64,000 nt of DNA from an uncultured Gammaproteobacteria bacterium (GTDB taxonomy: Bacteria > Patescibacteriota > Microgenomatia > UBA10105 > UBA927). The stretch spans positions 2,803 to 66,802 of the forward strand of contig CAYIXE010000001.1 of NCBI GenBank assembly GCA_964367095.1, written 5' to 3'. The position numbers and the translations under genes are program-made. Below are positions 9,868-19,188 of the stretch, piece after piece (the stretch's first letter is position 1; the number at the start of each line of letters is the position of its first letter). A model generated the notes under the pieces. It saw only the letters and a list, made by a program, of their open reading frames with translations. It did not search any database and was not told the origin of the DNA.

Positions 9868-9925
9868 AAATGTCAAGAGAGTATTTATAGTATTGGAGGG
9901 ATAATTATTTTCTCTAGGCTACTAT

Positions 9926-11113
9926 TCACACGTTTATCTTCGTAAATATTTTGACTATTGTATTCATTTCCTTTTTCGTCAATTCTGGATTGTTACCAAA
10001 ATAGAGCCCTTGCGTATGCACGAGCTCAGCATTTCGCGTATTCATTTTTGCGGCCTTGCCTTGATAGCGACGGAAAAAAGGCTGTTTGGTCATATCGCCA
10101 CCCACCACTGGTCGTATTTCTACTTTTCCATCACACGCTTCTACCAGCGCGTCACGAATTTTCTGCGATCTACAAATCACCGGTACAGCAAAATTAGAAA
10201 CCCTATCGATATGATTGTATCTTATGGGATAAAATAAATCTGTTCTGGCATAAATTTGTTTTGCCATATATAAAAAATTCTTTTCTCGCTTTCGTATAAT
10301 TTCAGGAAGATACTGCATTTGATTATTACCCAAAAATCCCTGAATTTCTGTCGTTCTCAAGTTATACCCCAAATCATAAAATGTGTATCGGGAATAAAAG
10401 GTAGAATTCACATCGTGTTTTACTCTCAAAAATAATTGTTTATCTTCCGTCAAATTACGATCCCACCCATGTGCACGTACTAGATGAAGCATGGTCATAA
10501 GTTCTTCGTCATCCGTCACGACTGCACCGCCCTCAACGGTCGACATATGATGACCAACATAGAATGAAAATGTACTCGCCAGTCCCCAATTACCAAGCTT
10601 TATGCCTTTATATACTGTGCCCAATGACTCACAATTGTCTTCAATAAATATAATTTTTTGTTGTTTACACAATCGGGCTATGGCATCTATATCATCACAA
10701 AACCCCAAAAGATTTGTAAGAAATAACATTTTGATCTTGTTTTTTTTGAGGACCTCTTCTAGCGTGCGTGTAGAAATATTGAGCGTGTCAAGCTCTATAT
10801 CGATGGCGATAGGATTTAGACCTAATTGTATAAGCGGCATGACGTTTGTCGACCACGTTAATGCAGAAAAACCGACTGCATCTCCTTTTTTGATCCTCCC
10901 CAAATTAAGAAGTGCTTGAATGAGAGCTAAATTTGCTGAACTCCCACTGTTTACGAAGAGACAATATTTACGATCTTGATAGTTCGAAAATTTCTGTTCG
11001 AATTTACGACATTGTTCACCAATACTTAATTTTTCTGCTTTCAAGATAAACGTGCACAACAGTTTTTTTGTATTCTTTTCGTTGTAAAACGTCGATTTAA
11101 TCAGTGGAATCAT
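9926..11113 (-). CDS. DegT/DnrJ-family PLP enzyme, ColD-like GDP-4-keto-6-deoxy-D-mannose 3-dehydratase
   Basis: VNSGSSANL, EDNCES, FSFYVGHHMSTVEGG (His in place of the Schiff-base Lys), AHGWDRNL, GYNLR; no RfbH Fe-S Cys cluster. Start at the ATG at 11113. Confidence 0.75.
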   Translation of the reverse strand: MIPLIKSTFYNEKNTKKLLCTFILKAEKLSIGEQCRKFEQKFSNYQDRKYCLFVNSGSSANLALIQALLNLGRIKKGDAVGFSALTWSTNVMPLIQLGLNPIAIDIELDTLNISTRTLEEVLKKNKIKMLFLTNLLGFCDDIDAIARLCKQQKIIFIEDNCESLGTVYKGIKLGNWGLASTFSFYVGHHMSTVEGGAVVTDDEELMTMLHLVRAHGWDRNLTEDKQLFLRVKHDVNSTFYSRYTFYDLGYNLRTTEIQGFLGNNQMQYLPEIIRKREKNFLYMAKQIYARTDLFYPIRYNHIDRVSNFAVPVICRSQKIRDALVEACDGKVEIRPVVGGDMTKQPFFRRYQGKAAKMNTRNAELVHTQGLYFGNNPELTKKEMNTIVKIFTKINV

Positions 11114-11114
11114 A

Positions 11115-12050
11115 CTATTCTCCCTGTTCTCTTTTATACCATTCATACGTTTTCAACAAGCCTCTATCAAGATTAGTTTTTGGTGTCCAGTTCATTGCGC
11201 GTTTTATCTTTTCCCACGAAACGACTTGACTTAATAATTCTTCCTCTCTTCCATCCTCAGTCTTATCTATGCGTAATTCTTTTGAGCTCATGCCAATAAT
11301 TTTGGTCATTAAGTCTCTGACGGATATTGGCTTCCCTGTTCCCACGTTATAAATTCTGTTTTTCTCAAGCTGTGCATCAGTTATTTGCCCGAGCATGCCG
11401 TACGCTCGTATCGCATCATCTATATACAAATATTCTCGTTTCGCACTTCCTCCCCACATAGTGGGATTTTTGCCACTCACGACACTTTGCATGGTCTTGG
11501 GGATCACGCGTGAAAAATTAAGATCGCCCGGACCATAAATATTTACAAATCGTGGAATTAAAACCGGTAGATTAAAACTATCTGCATAAGACTGCGCGAT
11601 AAGGTCTACACACGTCTTTGATGTTTCGTAAGGCCTTGACGGTCGTGGCGGCTCATCTTCCCGATACGGTACTGACGCTCTCCCATAGACATGTGACGTA
11701 GACGCAATAATAATCCGCTGTATATTATAGCTTCGCGAAACCTCAAGGACATTTAACGCACTCGTAATATTATTATTAAATGTCCCGTATGGCTCTTTAG
11801 AACCGGACTCGACGAGTGCTTCACTGGCTAAATGAAAACACGCATCAGGTTTAAATTGTTTGAATACTTTCAATAATTCAGCTTTATTGGCGACATCAAC
11901 TTTTTTTTCTATCGTCGAATTATACGGGTGTCTTGATAGACCAAGCACCTTTGCTTTTTTTCCCAAAAGATAGGAAACCAGATGTCTCCCGATAAATCCG
12001 CTTGATCCGGTAATAAGTACACGACTATTTTCCCAAGATTTTATTTGCAT
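11115..12050 (-). CDS. NAD-dependent nucleotide-sugar epimerase/reductase (extended SDR), paralogue of 156-1115
   Basis: ITGSSGFIG, HLASEALV, YETSK, RFVNIYGPGD.NFSRVIP. Confidence 0.8.
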   Translation of the reverse strand: MQIKSWENSRVLITGSSGFIGRHLVSYLLGKKAKVLGLSRHPYNSTIEKKVDVANKAELLKVFKQFKPDACFHLASEALVESGSKEPYGTFNNNITSALNVLEVSRSYNIQRIIIASTSHVYGRASVPYREDEPPRPSRPYETSKTCVDLIAQSYADSFNLPVLIPRFVNIYGPGDLNFSRVIPKTMQSVVSGKNPTMWGGSAKREYLYIDDAIRAYGMLGQITDAQLEKNRIYNVGTGKPISVRDLMTKIIGMSSKELRIDKTEDGREEELLSQVVSWEKIKRAMNWTPKTNLDRGLLKTYEWYKREQGE

Positions 12051-13071
12051 TGTAATATATTTGGTGTCTTATTATAACCCAACTATAGATAAAAACGAAT
12101 CCCACACCCATCAGAGGATGCAAAAACCATGCTCTGTCTCGAATTTTTAGAAATCCTCTACAGCTATCATAGAAAGGAACAACAAGTGTGACACAGTAAA
12201 AAATCGCCAGTACCAGACGCCAGAGTTCTTTCTTTGTAAATATTTCGTATCGTCGAACACGCTTTCGTTCAAGTGATTTCTCACCCATGTGATACTGATT
12301 CATAAACAGCATTCTTCGTTTTAGATAAGACCATATATTTCCATATCCAGTTAAATGAAGAATTGCATCATCAACAAACGCATAGGTATCAAATCCTTTG
12401 GTGATAAGATCCACATTTACATCCATGTCAAAATACTTTCCCGGTGTCGCTTGGGCATTGTTCATAAGAGTCTCACGACGCACAATGAACCCATTGGCGC
12501 CTATCGTTGGAATTCTATTTTCTGAAAATTTCACAATATAATATCCATTATCAGAAATAACCTCCCCCGCCAAATTGTAACTATCAAACATATAGGAAAG
12601 CCTATCTGATCTGCCTAAATACCATACAAAGGGATCTCCCGTGCCAAAAAGCGCAAAATATCGATCAAGTAGACCTTCTTTCTTGTCATACTGGTATCTA
12701 AGTGTCTCAACACCTATGATTTTTTTATTTTCCACAAATGGACGTACCATTTTTGATAGCCACTGCGGATGAGGCAATATATTGTCATGATCGATCATCG
12801 CCAAAAGTTCATTTTTTGCATTTTTAATACCAATACTTTTGTTATATTCTGCATTTTGTTTCTTGGGATCTATACTGATTACTTTTGCACCGAAACGCTT
12901 GGCTATTTCTATCGTCTTATCAGTTGATCCGCCATCGGCAACGATAATTTCTATTTTGTGTTTAGGATACAGTTGCGCTTGTATACTTTTCAAACAACGC
13001 TCAATCGTTCGTGTGGAGTTATATGTAGCAATGACAATAGAGATACTTGGAATTTTAGAGATTGTATTCAT
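12025..13071 (-). CDS. GT2 glycosyltransferase with C-terminal membrane segments
   Basis: SIVIATYN, ADGGSTD, IDHDN; hydrophobic C-terminus. Confidence 0.85.
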   Translation of the reverse strand: MNTISKIPSISIVIATYNSTRTIERCLKSIQAQLYPKHKIEIIVADGGSTDKTIEIAKRFGAKVISIDPKKQNAEYNKSIGIKNAKNELLAMIDHDNILPHPQWLSKMVRPFVENKKIIGVETLRYQYDKKEGLLDRYFALFGTGDPFVWYLGRSDRLSYMFDSYNLAGEVISDNGYYIVKFSENRIPTIGANGFIVRRETLMNNAQATPGKYFDMDVNVDLITKGFDTYAFVDDAILHLTGYGNIWSYLKRRMLFMNQYHMGEKSLERKRVRRYEIFTKKELWRLVLAIFYCVTLVVPFYDSCRGFLKIRDRAWFLHPLMGVGFVFIYSWVIIRHQIYYNANKILGK

Positions 13072-13904
13072 ATCTTTTGTGCAAGAATTGCGATTCCTAA
13101 TCCGCGCTTATTTTTTGTCCACCCATCCAAGAGTGATATGCCGTAAAGAAGAGGATATACAAGTGCTGTAAGAAACTGACTTTTGGCCAAAGCCATATGA
13201 TTCAGTTCCCAAGCCAAAGAGCCAAAAAAACCAAACGTGTGTGTGCTTTTTATAACACGAAAGCCAACTTTTAGAAGCTCATTAGTAAGCGTTTTGAGTT
13301 CAAATCCTTCTCGCACATGGTCGACATGTTCCCATGTTGCAAATTCACGAAAATGTCGGACTTGATGTACCTGTGGTACATGAATGTACACATAAGCTTT
13401 TGCCTTAAGTAAATGATGCATATTTTTCAGTACTCTTTTGTACTCATGTATATGCTCCAGCACGTCAATGATAATCATACAATCGTATATATTACGACCT
13501 TCATGACTTTTTACAATATCTCCAAAGACAAACTTCGTATTGGTAGCACCAAATTCTTTCTGCACCTCTCGGGCAAACGCTAATTTGCTCCTATCAATCT
13601 CCCAGCCAACTATTTTTGCGTTTGGATATTTTTTGGCCATAAAAAATGAGTAGCATCCTATCCCGCTTCCTATATCTAAAATTGTTTTTGGACTAAACGC
13701 ACCCAAAGAACGTAGCGCCTGACGAAAATACATTCCCCGTACCTGAAACCCAATTTCAGGAATTCCAAATAGCCAAACATATGCACTCGCAAACCACGAT
13801 CGTATTAGTGAAGATATCTGAATTTTTTCCTTATATACGCCATTCATCTCATGAAGCGATTGCAAAAGTATTTCAGGATGCTTGTAATAGTCAGATCCAA
13901 ACAT
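13068..13904 (-). CDS. class I SAM-dependent methyltransferase
   Basis: ILDIGSGIG, DVLEHI, HVREG. Start moved to the ATG at 13904 to avoid overlapping the upstream gene. Confidence 0.85.
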   Translation of the reverse strand: MFGSDYYKHPEILLQSLHEMNGVYKEKIQISSLIRSWFASAYVWLFGIPEIGFQVRGMYFRQALRSLGAFSPKTILDIGSGIGCYSFFMAKKYPNAKIVGWEIDRSKLAFAREVQKEFGATNTKFVFGDIVKSHEGRNIYDCMIIIDVLEHIHEYKRVLKNMHHLLKAKAYVYIHVPQVHQVRHFREFATWEHVDHVREGFELKTLTNELLKVGFRVIKSTHTFGFFGSLAWELNHMALAKSQFLTALVYPLLYGISLLDGWTKNKRGLGIAILAQKI

Positions 13905-13917
13905 AGGCACTACTCTA

Positions 13918-15021
13918 TCACGCTTCAACAGCGGTGTGAAGCAATGAAAGGCTTTGGTTTGCGGCATCGTTCCATGTAAATGACGTACTCCAAAAAAGAC
14001 CTCTTTTTTGCATCTTACTATATGTTATTTTATCGTTATAAAGGGTAAAGGCGCGCATAGCTAGATCCTCTGGTGTAGATAGAACGGTAAGTATCCCTGT
14101 TTGCCCATCTACGATGGTATCGCACAATGCTCCTGAAGGGTAAGCCACAGTCGGTGTGCCCTGACTTGCCGCTTCTAATACAACCAATCCCCATCCTTCC
14201 TTCACTGACGCATGAAGAAGCACATGCGATTTTGCCATAAGGTGTAATTTCTTTTTTTCAGAAACATTACCCCACCAAATGACGCGCTTCTCTATTCCCA
14301 TCTCTTTCACTTTCTCCTGAAGAACTTTGATATATCGTAAATCGCCATCACCCACTATCCACAACACAGCAGTCGGCAATGAAGAGAGAAGTATGGTAAA
14401 TGCCTTCAACACATCCTCAACACCCTTCATACGGACAACTCGTCCAACAAAAAGAAACGTAGGCACAGTATTTTTTATCGGTAGCTTGGCTATTGCAGTA
14501 TTACCTATCGGACATGGTATAGCGATGCATCGATCGCGAGAAACTCCTAAAGAAATAAGCTCATTTCTCGTAGACGGGGCATCAGTCCAAAAATAATGTG
14601 CTCTATAGACCCAGATATAGAATCGTTCAAGCATTTTTCCGATCCATGAAATCGGGAATGGATACATGACATCCCAAATAACTGAAGCGACTTCATGAAC
14701 AAACACAATGATAGGAATGCGTGCATAAAACTTTGCAAAAAACGGAATACCATGCACCTCGTCCACTATAACGTCTATATCTTTTCCATGGAAAAAATAG
14801 TACACCATGGCATAAAAAAATACACTGACACTGCTTCCCTGCCGTACAACACGTATTCCTTCTATAACTTCTTCATTTAAGGCGCCGCTATACATGGAAG
14901 TAAACCACGTTACTCTTTCGCCATTTTTCACCCAGCCTTTTGCGTGTTGTAAGGTGACGTATTCAGCGCCTCCAGAGTTGGGATTTTTAGGATCTCTCCA
15001 GTTGAGAATCAAAATATTCAT
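13918..15021 (-). CDS. GT4 glycosyltransferase
   Basis: NWRDPKNPNSGGAE, FVGRVVRMKG, KEGWGLVVLEA. Confidence 0.9.
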   Translation of the reverse strand: MNILILNWRDPKNPNSGGAEYVTLQHAKGWVKNGERVTWFTSMYSGALNEEVIEGIRVVRQGSSVSVFFYAMVYYFFHGKDIDVIVDEVHGIPFFAKFYARIPIIVFVHEVASVIWDVMYPFPISWIGKMLERFYIWVYRAHYFWTDAPSTRNELISLGVSRDRCIAIPCPIGNTAIAKLPIKNTVPTFLFVGRVVRMKGVEDVLKAFTILLSSLPTAVLWIVGDGDLRYIKVLQEKVKEMGIEKRVIWWGNVSEKKKLHLMAKSHVLLHASVKEGWGLVVLEAASQGTPTVAYPSGALCDTIVDGQTGILTVLSTPEDLAMRAFTLYNDKITYSKMQKRGLFWSTSFTWNDAANQSLSLLHTAVEA

Positions 15022-15035
15022 ACTCTATTGAACAA

Positions 15036-15839
15036 TTATGGCAATGCGATTTTGAAGTTTAATTCAGGATCAAACATCCAGTTGTGTTTGTTAATGTTGT
15101 CATAGTAATGAAGAATTTTTAAACGGTAAAAAACTGCACACGTGTCCCAAAGCATACGATACACTACTTTCCATACAGAATACGATGTAATGCTTGATAC
15201 TCCCGTAAAGTCTAATTCGATTGGCGCTTCAAATATTCGCGTATACCCTAAATGATTGGCAACAGCCAAAATTTCTATATCAAATGCAAATTGCTTCACT
15301 AATAACCTCGGCAACACATCCTCTAATACGTTCCTTCTATAAAGCTTTATCCCGACCTGCGTATCTTTCAAATTCAGACCAAATAGAACGCGAGTAAGCT
15401 GTTGATACCCAAAGGATAATATTTTTCTCTCGAGTGGGTAACGTACCTTTGACACAGGGTGACGCTTGCTCCCAACGATTATATCCGCGTTATACCAATA
15501 AAAATGCTCAAGCATCATGGAGAGTCCTAACTCACTTACATCTCCTCCGGAATCGATAAAGCCAATAATGTCCCCACGACTTTTTGCCATACCAAAACGC
15601 ACGGCATACCCTTTGCCATGATTTGTGTTATATCCTGTCACCATCAACTTATTAGAATGAACTTTATTTGCTTCTCTTTCACTGTTATCGACTTTTCCAT
15701 CTATGACGACTATTACTTCATAGGGAATAGATAACAGGGTGAGCTCGCCTAATATAGACTGGAGCTGTTTTTGAATCGATTTTTCCTGTTTATAAACTGG
15801 AATAATCAATGATAATAATTTCGGTTTATTCTTTCCCAT
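15036..15839 (-). CDS. GT2, dolichyl/polyprenyl-phosphate glucose synthase-like
   Basis: NHGKGYAVRFG, GSKRH, DTQVGIK, FAFDIEIL. Confidence 0.8.
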   Translation of the reverse strand: MGKNKPKLLSLIIPVYKQEKSIQKQLQSILGELTLLSIPYEVIVVIDGKVDNSEREANKVHSNKLMVTGYNTNHGKGYAVRFGMAKSRGDIIGFIDSGGDVSELGLSMMLEHFYWYNADIIVGSKRHPVSKVRYPLERKILSFGYQQLTRVLFGLNLKDTQVGIKLYRRNVLEDVLPRLLVKQFAFDIEILAVANHLGYTRIFEAPIELDFTGVSSITSYSVWKVVYRMLWDTCAVFYRLKILHYYDNINKHNWMFDPELNFKIALP

Positions 15840-17076
15840 AGCGGTAGTATATCAAAAGAATCACACAGGTAATAAACGTAACGCCAATATTTATATATAT
15901 CACCTGATTGAGGGATGAGTGAAAAAACCATAATCCAATGCTTTGTGATACCGTGGCTCCCAAGGTAATCACCCATACGCGCGTTCTGCCGATAGCAAGA
16001 AAAATAGTGGTAAGCAAATTAACCAACGTAAAAAATGTGATAAATATACCAAATAAGCCCATAAAAGGAATAGCACCATCAAATGCAGTTCCATACATAA
16101 TCCGAACGATAAAGGCTGGTGCAATAAAATATCCAAGTGTCAGTATGCTAGAGAGTGCCGCCACGGCACCGAGAGCGCTTAGCACCATACCATGGTAGGA
16201 TTCTTTACGCTCTTTTTTCTCAACTATCATCGGAAATATCACAAACCCTAATGCAGATGATGCGTAAAATATTACCTTTCCAAGCACTGCAAGAGATGCG
16301 TAAATCCCCGCTTCATAGGGAGAGAAAAAATGCTTTACCAATAAAACGTCTTGACTATAGAGTGCAATGGTGCCTAGGGTAGCCAATAACATCGGGAGAC
16401 TATAGACCGCCGCATCGGCCTTTGTGATTGATAATGGTTTTGACTTTACCCGTATTAGACCCCAAATCGGCACAAAATTTATAACGTATGAAATCACGTT
16501 GGATATGATATTTCCTATAAGTACTCCTATGAGCCCAAATGGCGCTCCTAATACCCCAAATACTAATCGCAAAAGCATTCCGATATTGGTCACCACACTG
16601 GATGCCAAAAATAGTTGAAATGATTGCAAGATACTTATGTTTATGACAGAAAATATGAAACTCACAAATATGAAATAGAGCCAAATAAAGTAGCTTGAAG
16701 ATATATGCAAAAATTCAGCCAATGCGTTCGCTGAAACTACCGCGACCAAAAACCCAATCAATGAGACTAGAGAGATATATCGAAACGCTGCCCAAAAAAG
16801 ACTGGGAACTTCCTCTAAAAGTTTTCTTGCACGAAGTTGTGAAAAAAACTTCGCAAGGATCGTTTGGACTACGCCGGATCCTATGTTGATTATGTAAAAT
16901 AACGACAAGAGTGCAGAAAATTCTCCATAAATAACCGGGCCTAATAACCGTCCAACAAGTACGTGATAGGCATATGCACCGACGTTGGCTACCATCGAGC
17001 CCACCAAAATTATGAAACTTCCTTTCGCTAGAGGATGTGCTATAAACGCATGAAGTTTGAGAATTATTTTTTTCAT
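15826..17076 (-). CDS. Wzx-like (MOP/PST family) oligosaccharide flippase
   Basis: About 12 hydrophobic segments; GRLLGPVIYG, DVLLVKHFFS..EAGIY. Start at 17076 gives an ATGA overlap. Confidence 0.85.
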   Translation of the reverse strand: MKKIILKLHAFIAHPLAKGSFIILVGSMVANVGAYAYHVLVGRLLGPVIYGEFSALLSLFYIINIGSGVVQTILAKFFSQLRARKLLEEVPSLFWAAFRYISLVSLIGFLVAVVSANALAEFLHISSSYFIWLYFIFVSFIFSVINISILQSFQLFLASSVVTNIGMLLRLVFGVLGAPFGLIGVLIGNIISNVISYVINFVPIWGLIRVKSKPLSITKADAAVYSLPMLLATLGTIALYSQDVLLVKHFFSPYEAGIYASLAVLGKVIFYASSALGFVIFPMIVEKKERKESYHGMVLSALGAVAALSSILTLGYFIAPAFIVRIMYGTAFDGAIPFMGLFGIFITFFTLVNLLTTIFLAIGRTRVWVITLGATVSQSIGLWFFHSSLNQVIYINIGVTFITCVILLIYYRYGKE

Positions 17077-17762
17077 GGCGACCAAAATCGTAATCGCAAG
17101 AGAGTAAAGAGAGCGACAATACCATCACGCCATGTCAGCTTTTTTCCCTCAGAAAATTTTCTGCCAAAGTATGAAATAGGCACTTCATATATTTGATACC
17201 CGCTTCGAAGTATCTTCGCCGTAATCTCCGGTTCAAAGTCAAATCGTTTTGCTTTGATCGTAATGCCTTTCAGTACTACGGCATCAAATACTTTGCATCC
17301 TGTTTCCATATCCGTAATATTGGTGTTGTAGAGAATGTTGGTGACGAGTGTTACAAATTTATTACCTAACTCATAAATAAACATCGTCGAAAGATGTCCG
17401 CCCAAAAATCGTGATCCGTATACGACATGAACCCGATCATTTTCAAAAGGGGCTAACAGTACTGGATAGTCAGAAGGGCTGTATTCTAAATCCGCGTCTT
17501 GAATAAGGATGATATCTCCTGTGGCCTTTGCAATTCCAATCGTTACTGCCGATCCTTTGCCCTCATTTTTCTTCTTAAAAATGACCTTTACCCTCTTCAC
17601 CCATTTTTTGAGTAGATCTTCTGTACCGTCGGTCGATCCGTCATCTATGATAATAATTTCTTTCTCCCACCCTAAAACTTTCGTTTGGGAAACGAGATTG
17701 AGTACTTCTTCTACCGTCTTCTTTTCGTTGTATACAGGAATGATTATAGAAAGTTTTTTCAT
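17073..17762 (-). CDS. GT2, DPM1-like polyprenol-phosphate glycosyltransferase
   Basis: IIPVYNE, DDGSTDG, NEGKGSA, QDADLEYSP, YGSRF, DMETG, EPEITAK. Confidence 0.9.
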   Translation of the reverse strand: MKKLSIIIPVYNEKKTVEEVLNLVSQTKVLGWEKEIIIIDDGSTDGTEDLLKKWVKRVKVIFKKKNEGKGSAVTIGIAKATGDIILIQDADLEYSPSDYPVLLAPFENDRVHVVYGSRFLGGHLSTMFIYELGNKFVTLVTNILYNTNITDMETGCKVFDAVVLKGITIKAKRFDFEPEITAKILRSGYQIYEVPISYFGRKFSEGKKLTWRDGIVALFTLLRLRFWSP

Positions 17763-19120
17763 GCGTTGAAAAATGCCTTACCATGGAAGACTAACCACGC
17801 CCAGAGCGGAATAAATTCCAATGTTTTTCCCTCTATCTTTTGTATAGCCGAATAGTTTTTCGTCAATACGTATCCTTTTTCCTTATTAAACTCCTGCAAT
17901 CCTTCTACCATGCCCTGTGTTTCTCTCTCATGCGGCTGATCAGTATATGAAACATTATAAAAAGCCAACGCAGGATCCATAGTCACAAAATCTATCTCTT
18001 TCTTACCTTTCCAATAGTAAATCGCCTGCGATTGTTTTTTTAACTCCATGTATACTACATTTTCCGCACATTGCCCGATATCAGGTCGTAAAAGCGGCAC
18101 GTTAAAATTTCGCAGTCCATTATCGACTACGTACATCTTTCGGGCTCTTTGCACATCCTGCGTCTCCTTCGTTTTATACGAATAATGCTTACTCTCAAAG
18201 AGTAAATATGCCCGCTGAAAATACTCTATGTAGGATTTGGTAGTCTCTAAAGAGAGTTTCTGCGGTCGAGATAAACTACTGTATGTATGCGTTTTCGTAA
18301 AATCAGACATAATCTGAAGTCCTAATACTTCTACTTCCTGCTGATTTCGAACACCATTGGGCACCACAACGTCTCTTGAAACCGTATCTCTAAAATAATT
18401 TGATGCCAATGTCCGTTTGACATCTTCATCTTCGGTAAGCACTATCTCAGGATATCCGCCTTCTTTCATATAATTCCCCAAGTGATGCAGAATTTTCGTT
18501 TGTTGGAAAAAATTAGCCTTGAGAATCGATGATATATTCGCTTGCCCTTCTATAGTAATTCCTTTTATGCGCAAATATTCATAAAAATTAAAGGGGTAGA
18601 CGTCTACTTGAACGTTTCTGCCGGTCAAAACTGTCGCCGACTCTGACTCAACCAACGATCGGCGTGATCCGGAAAGTATAAACTTAACAGGATCTTTCCG
18701 CTCATACTTACTGCTTATCCAACGATTGAAGTCTTTAATTCCTTGAATTTCATCCAAAAATATATAAACTTTCCCTTGCGGGTTGTAAGTCTCCATATAA
18801 TAGATAAAAATATCTTCCAAGAGTTTCCAGCCTTGTGTCAAATACTGCTGCACCAATATATCCTCCAAAAACAAATACACCACGTTTTTGGCCGGTATGC
18901 CTTTCTCAACGATAAGATGCTCCATAAGCTGATGCATCAGCGTTGATTTCCCTGCACGACGAACACCAGTAAGGATTAACACATGACGAATATCCAGAAG
19001 TTTTTTGAGGCGCTCAAGATACTTTTCTCGAGGCACAGTATGTATCCATTTACCTTTCAAAGGATCAGTAAAGTGAGGGTTCCATGTCGAAATTAACGTT
19101 TGACACACTTCTCTATCCAT
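17759..19120 (-). CDS. AAA+ ATPase (AAA_14) with DUF4143 C-terminal domain
   Basis: Walker A GVRRAGKS, Walker B IFLDEIQ, LSGS, LTGR, GGYPE, KMYVVDNG, ENVV, KEIDFV. Confidence 0.9.
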   Translation of the reverse strand: MDREVCQTLISTWNPHFTDPLKGKWIHTVPREKYLERLKKLLDIRHVLILTGVRRAGKSTLMHQLMEHLIVEKGIPAKNVVYLFLEDILVQQYLTQGWKLLEDIFIYYMETYNPQGKVYIFLDEIQGIKDFNRWISSKYERKDPVKFILSGSRRSLVESESATVLTGRNVQVDVYPFNFYEYLRIKGITIEGQANISSILKANFFQQTKILHHLGNYMKEGGYPEIVLTEDEDVKRTLASNYFRDTVSRDVVVPNGVRNQQEVEVLGLQIMSDFTKTHTYSSLSRPQKLSLETTKSYIEYFQRAYLLFESKHYSYKTKETQDVQRARKMYVVDNGLRNFNVPLLRPDIGQCAENVVYMELKKQSQAIYYWKGKKEIDFVTMDPALAFYNVSYTDQPHERETQGMVEGLQEFNKEKGYVLTKNYSAIQKIEGKTLEFIPLWAWLVFHGKAFFNA

Positions 19121-19126
19121 AGTTGC

Positions 19127-19155
19127 AGTATATACTCGTATTGCCTACCTGTCAA
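19127..19155 (-). promoter_or_regulatory. near-consensus sigma70 promoter giving a leaderless ATPase mRNA
   Basis: TTGACA (19155-19150), 17 nt, TATACT (19132-19127), 6 nt, then ATG (19120). Confidence 0.75.
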
Positions 19156-19188
19156 GTATAATCTAAGGTTTATATGTCAAACCCTACG

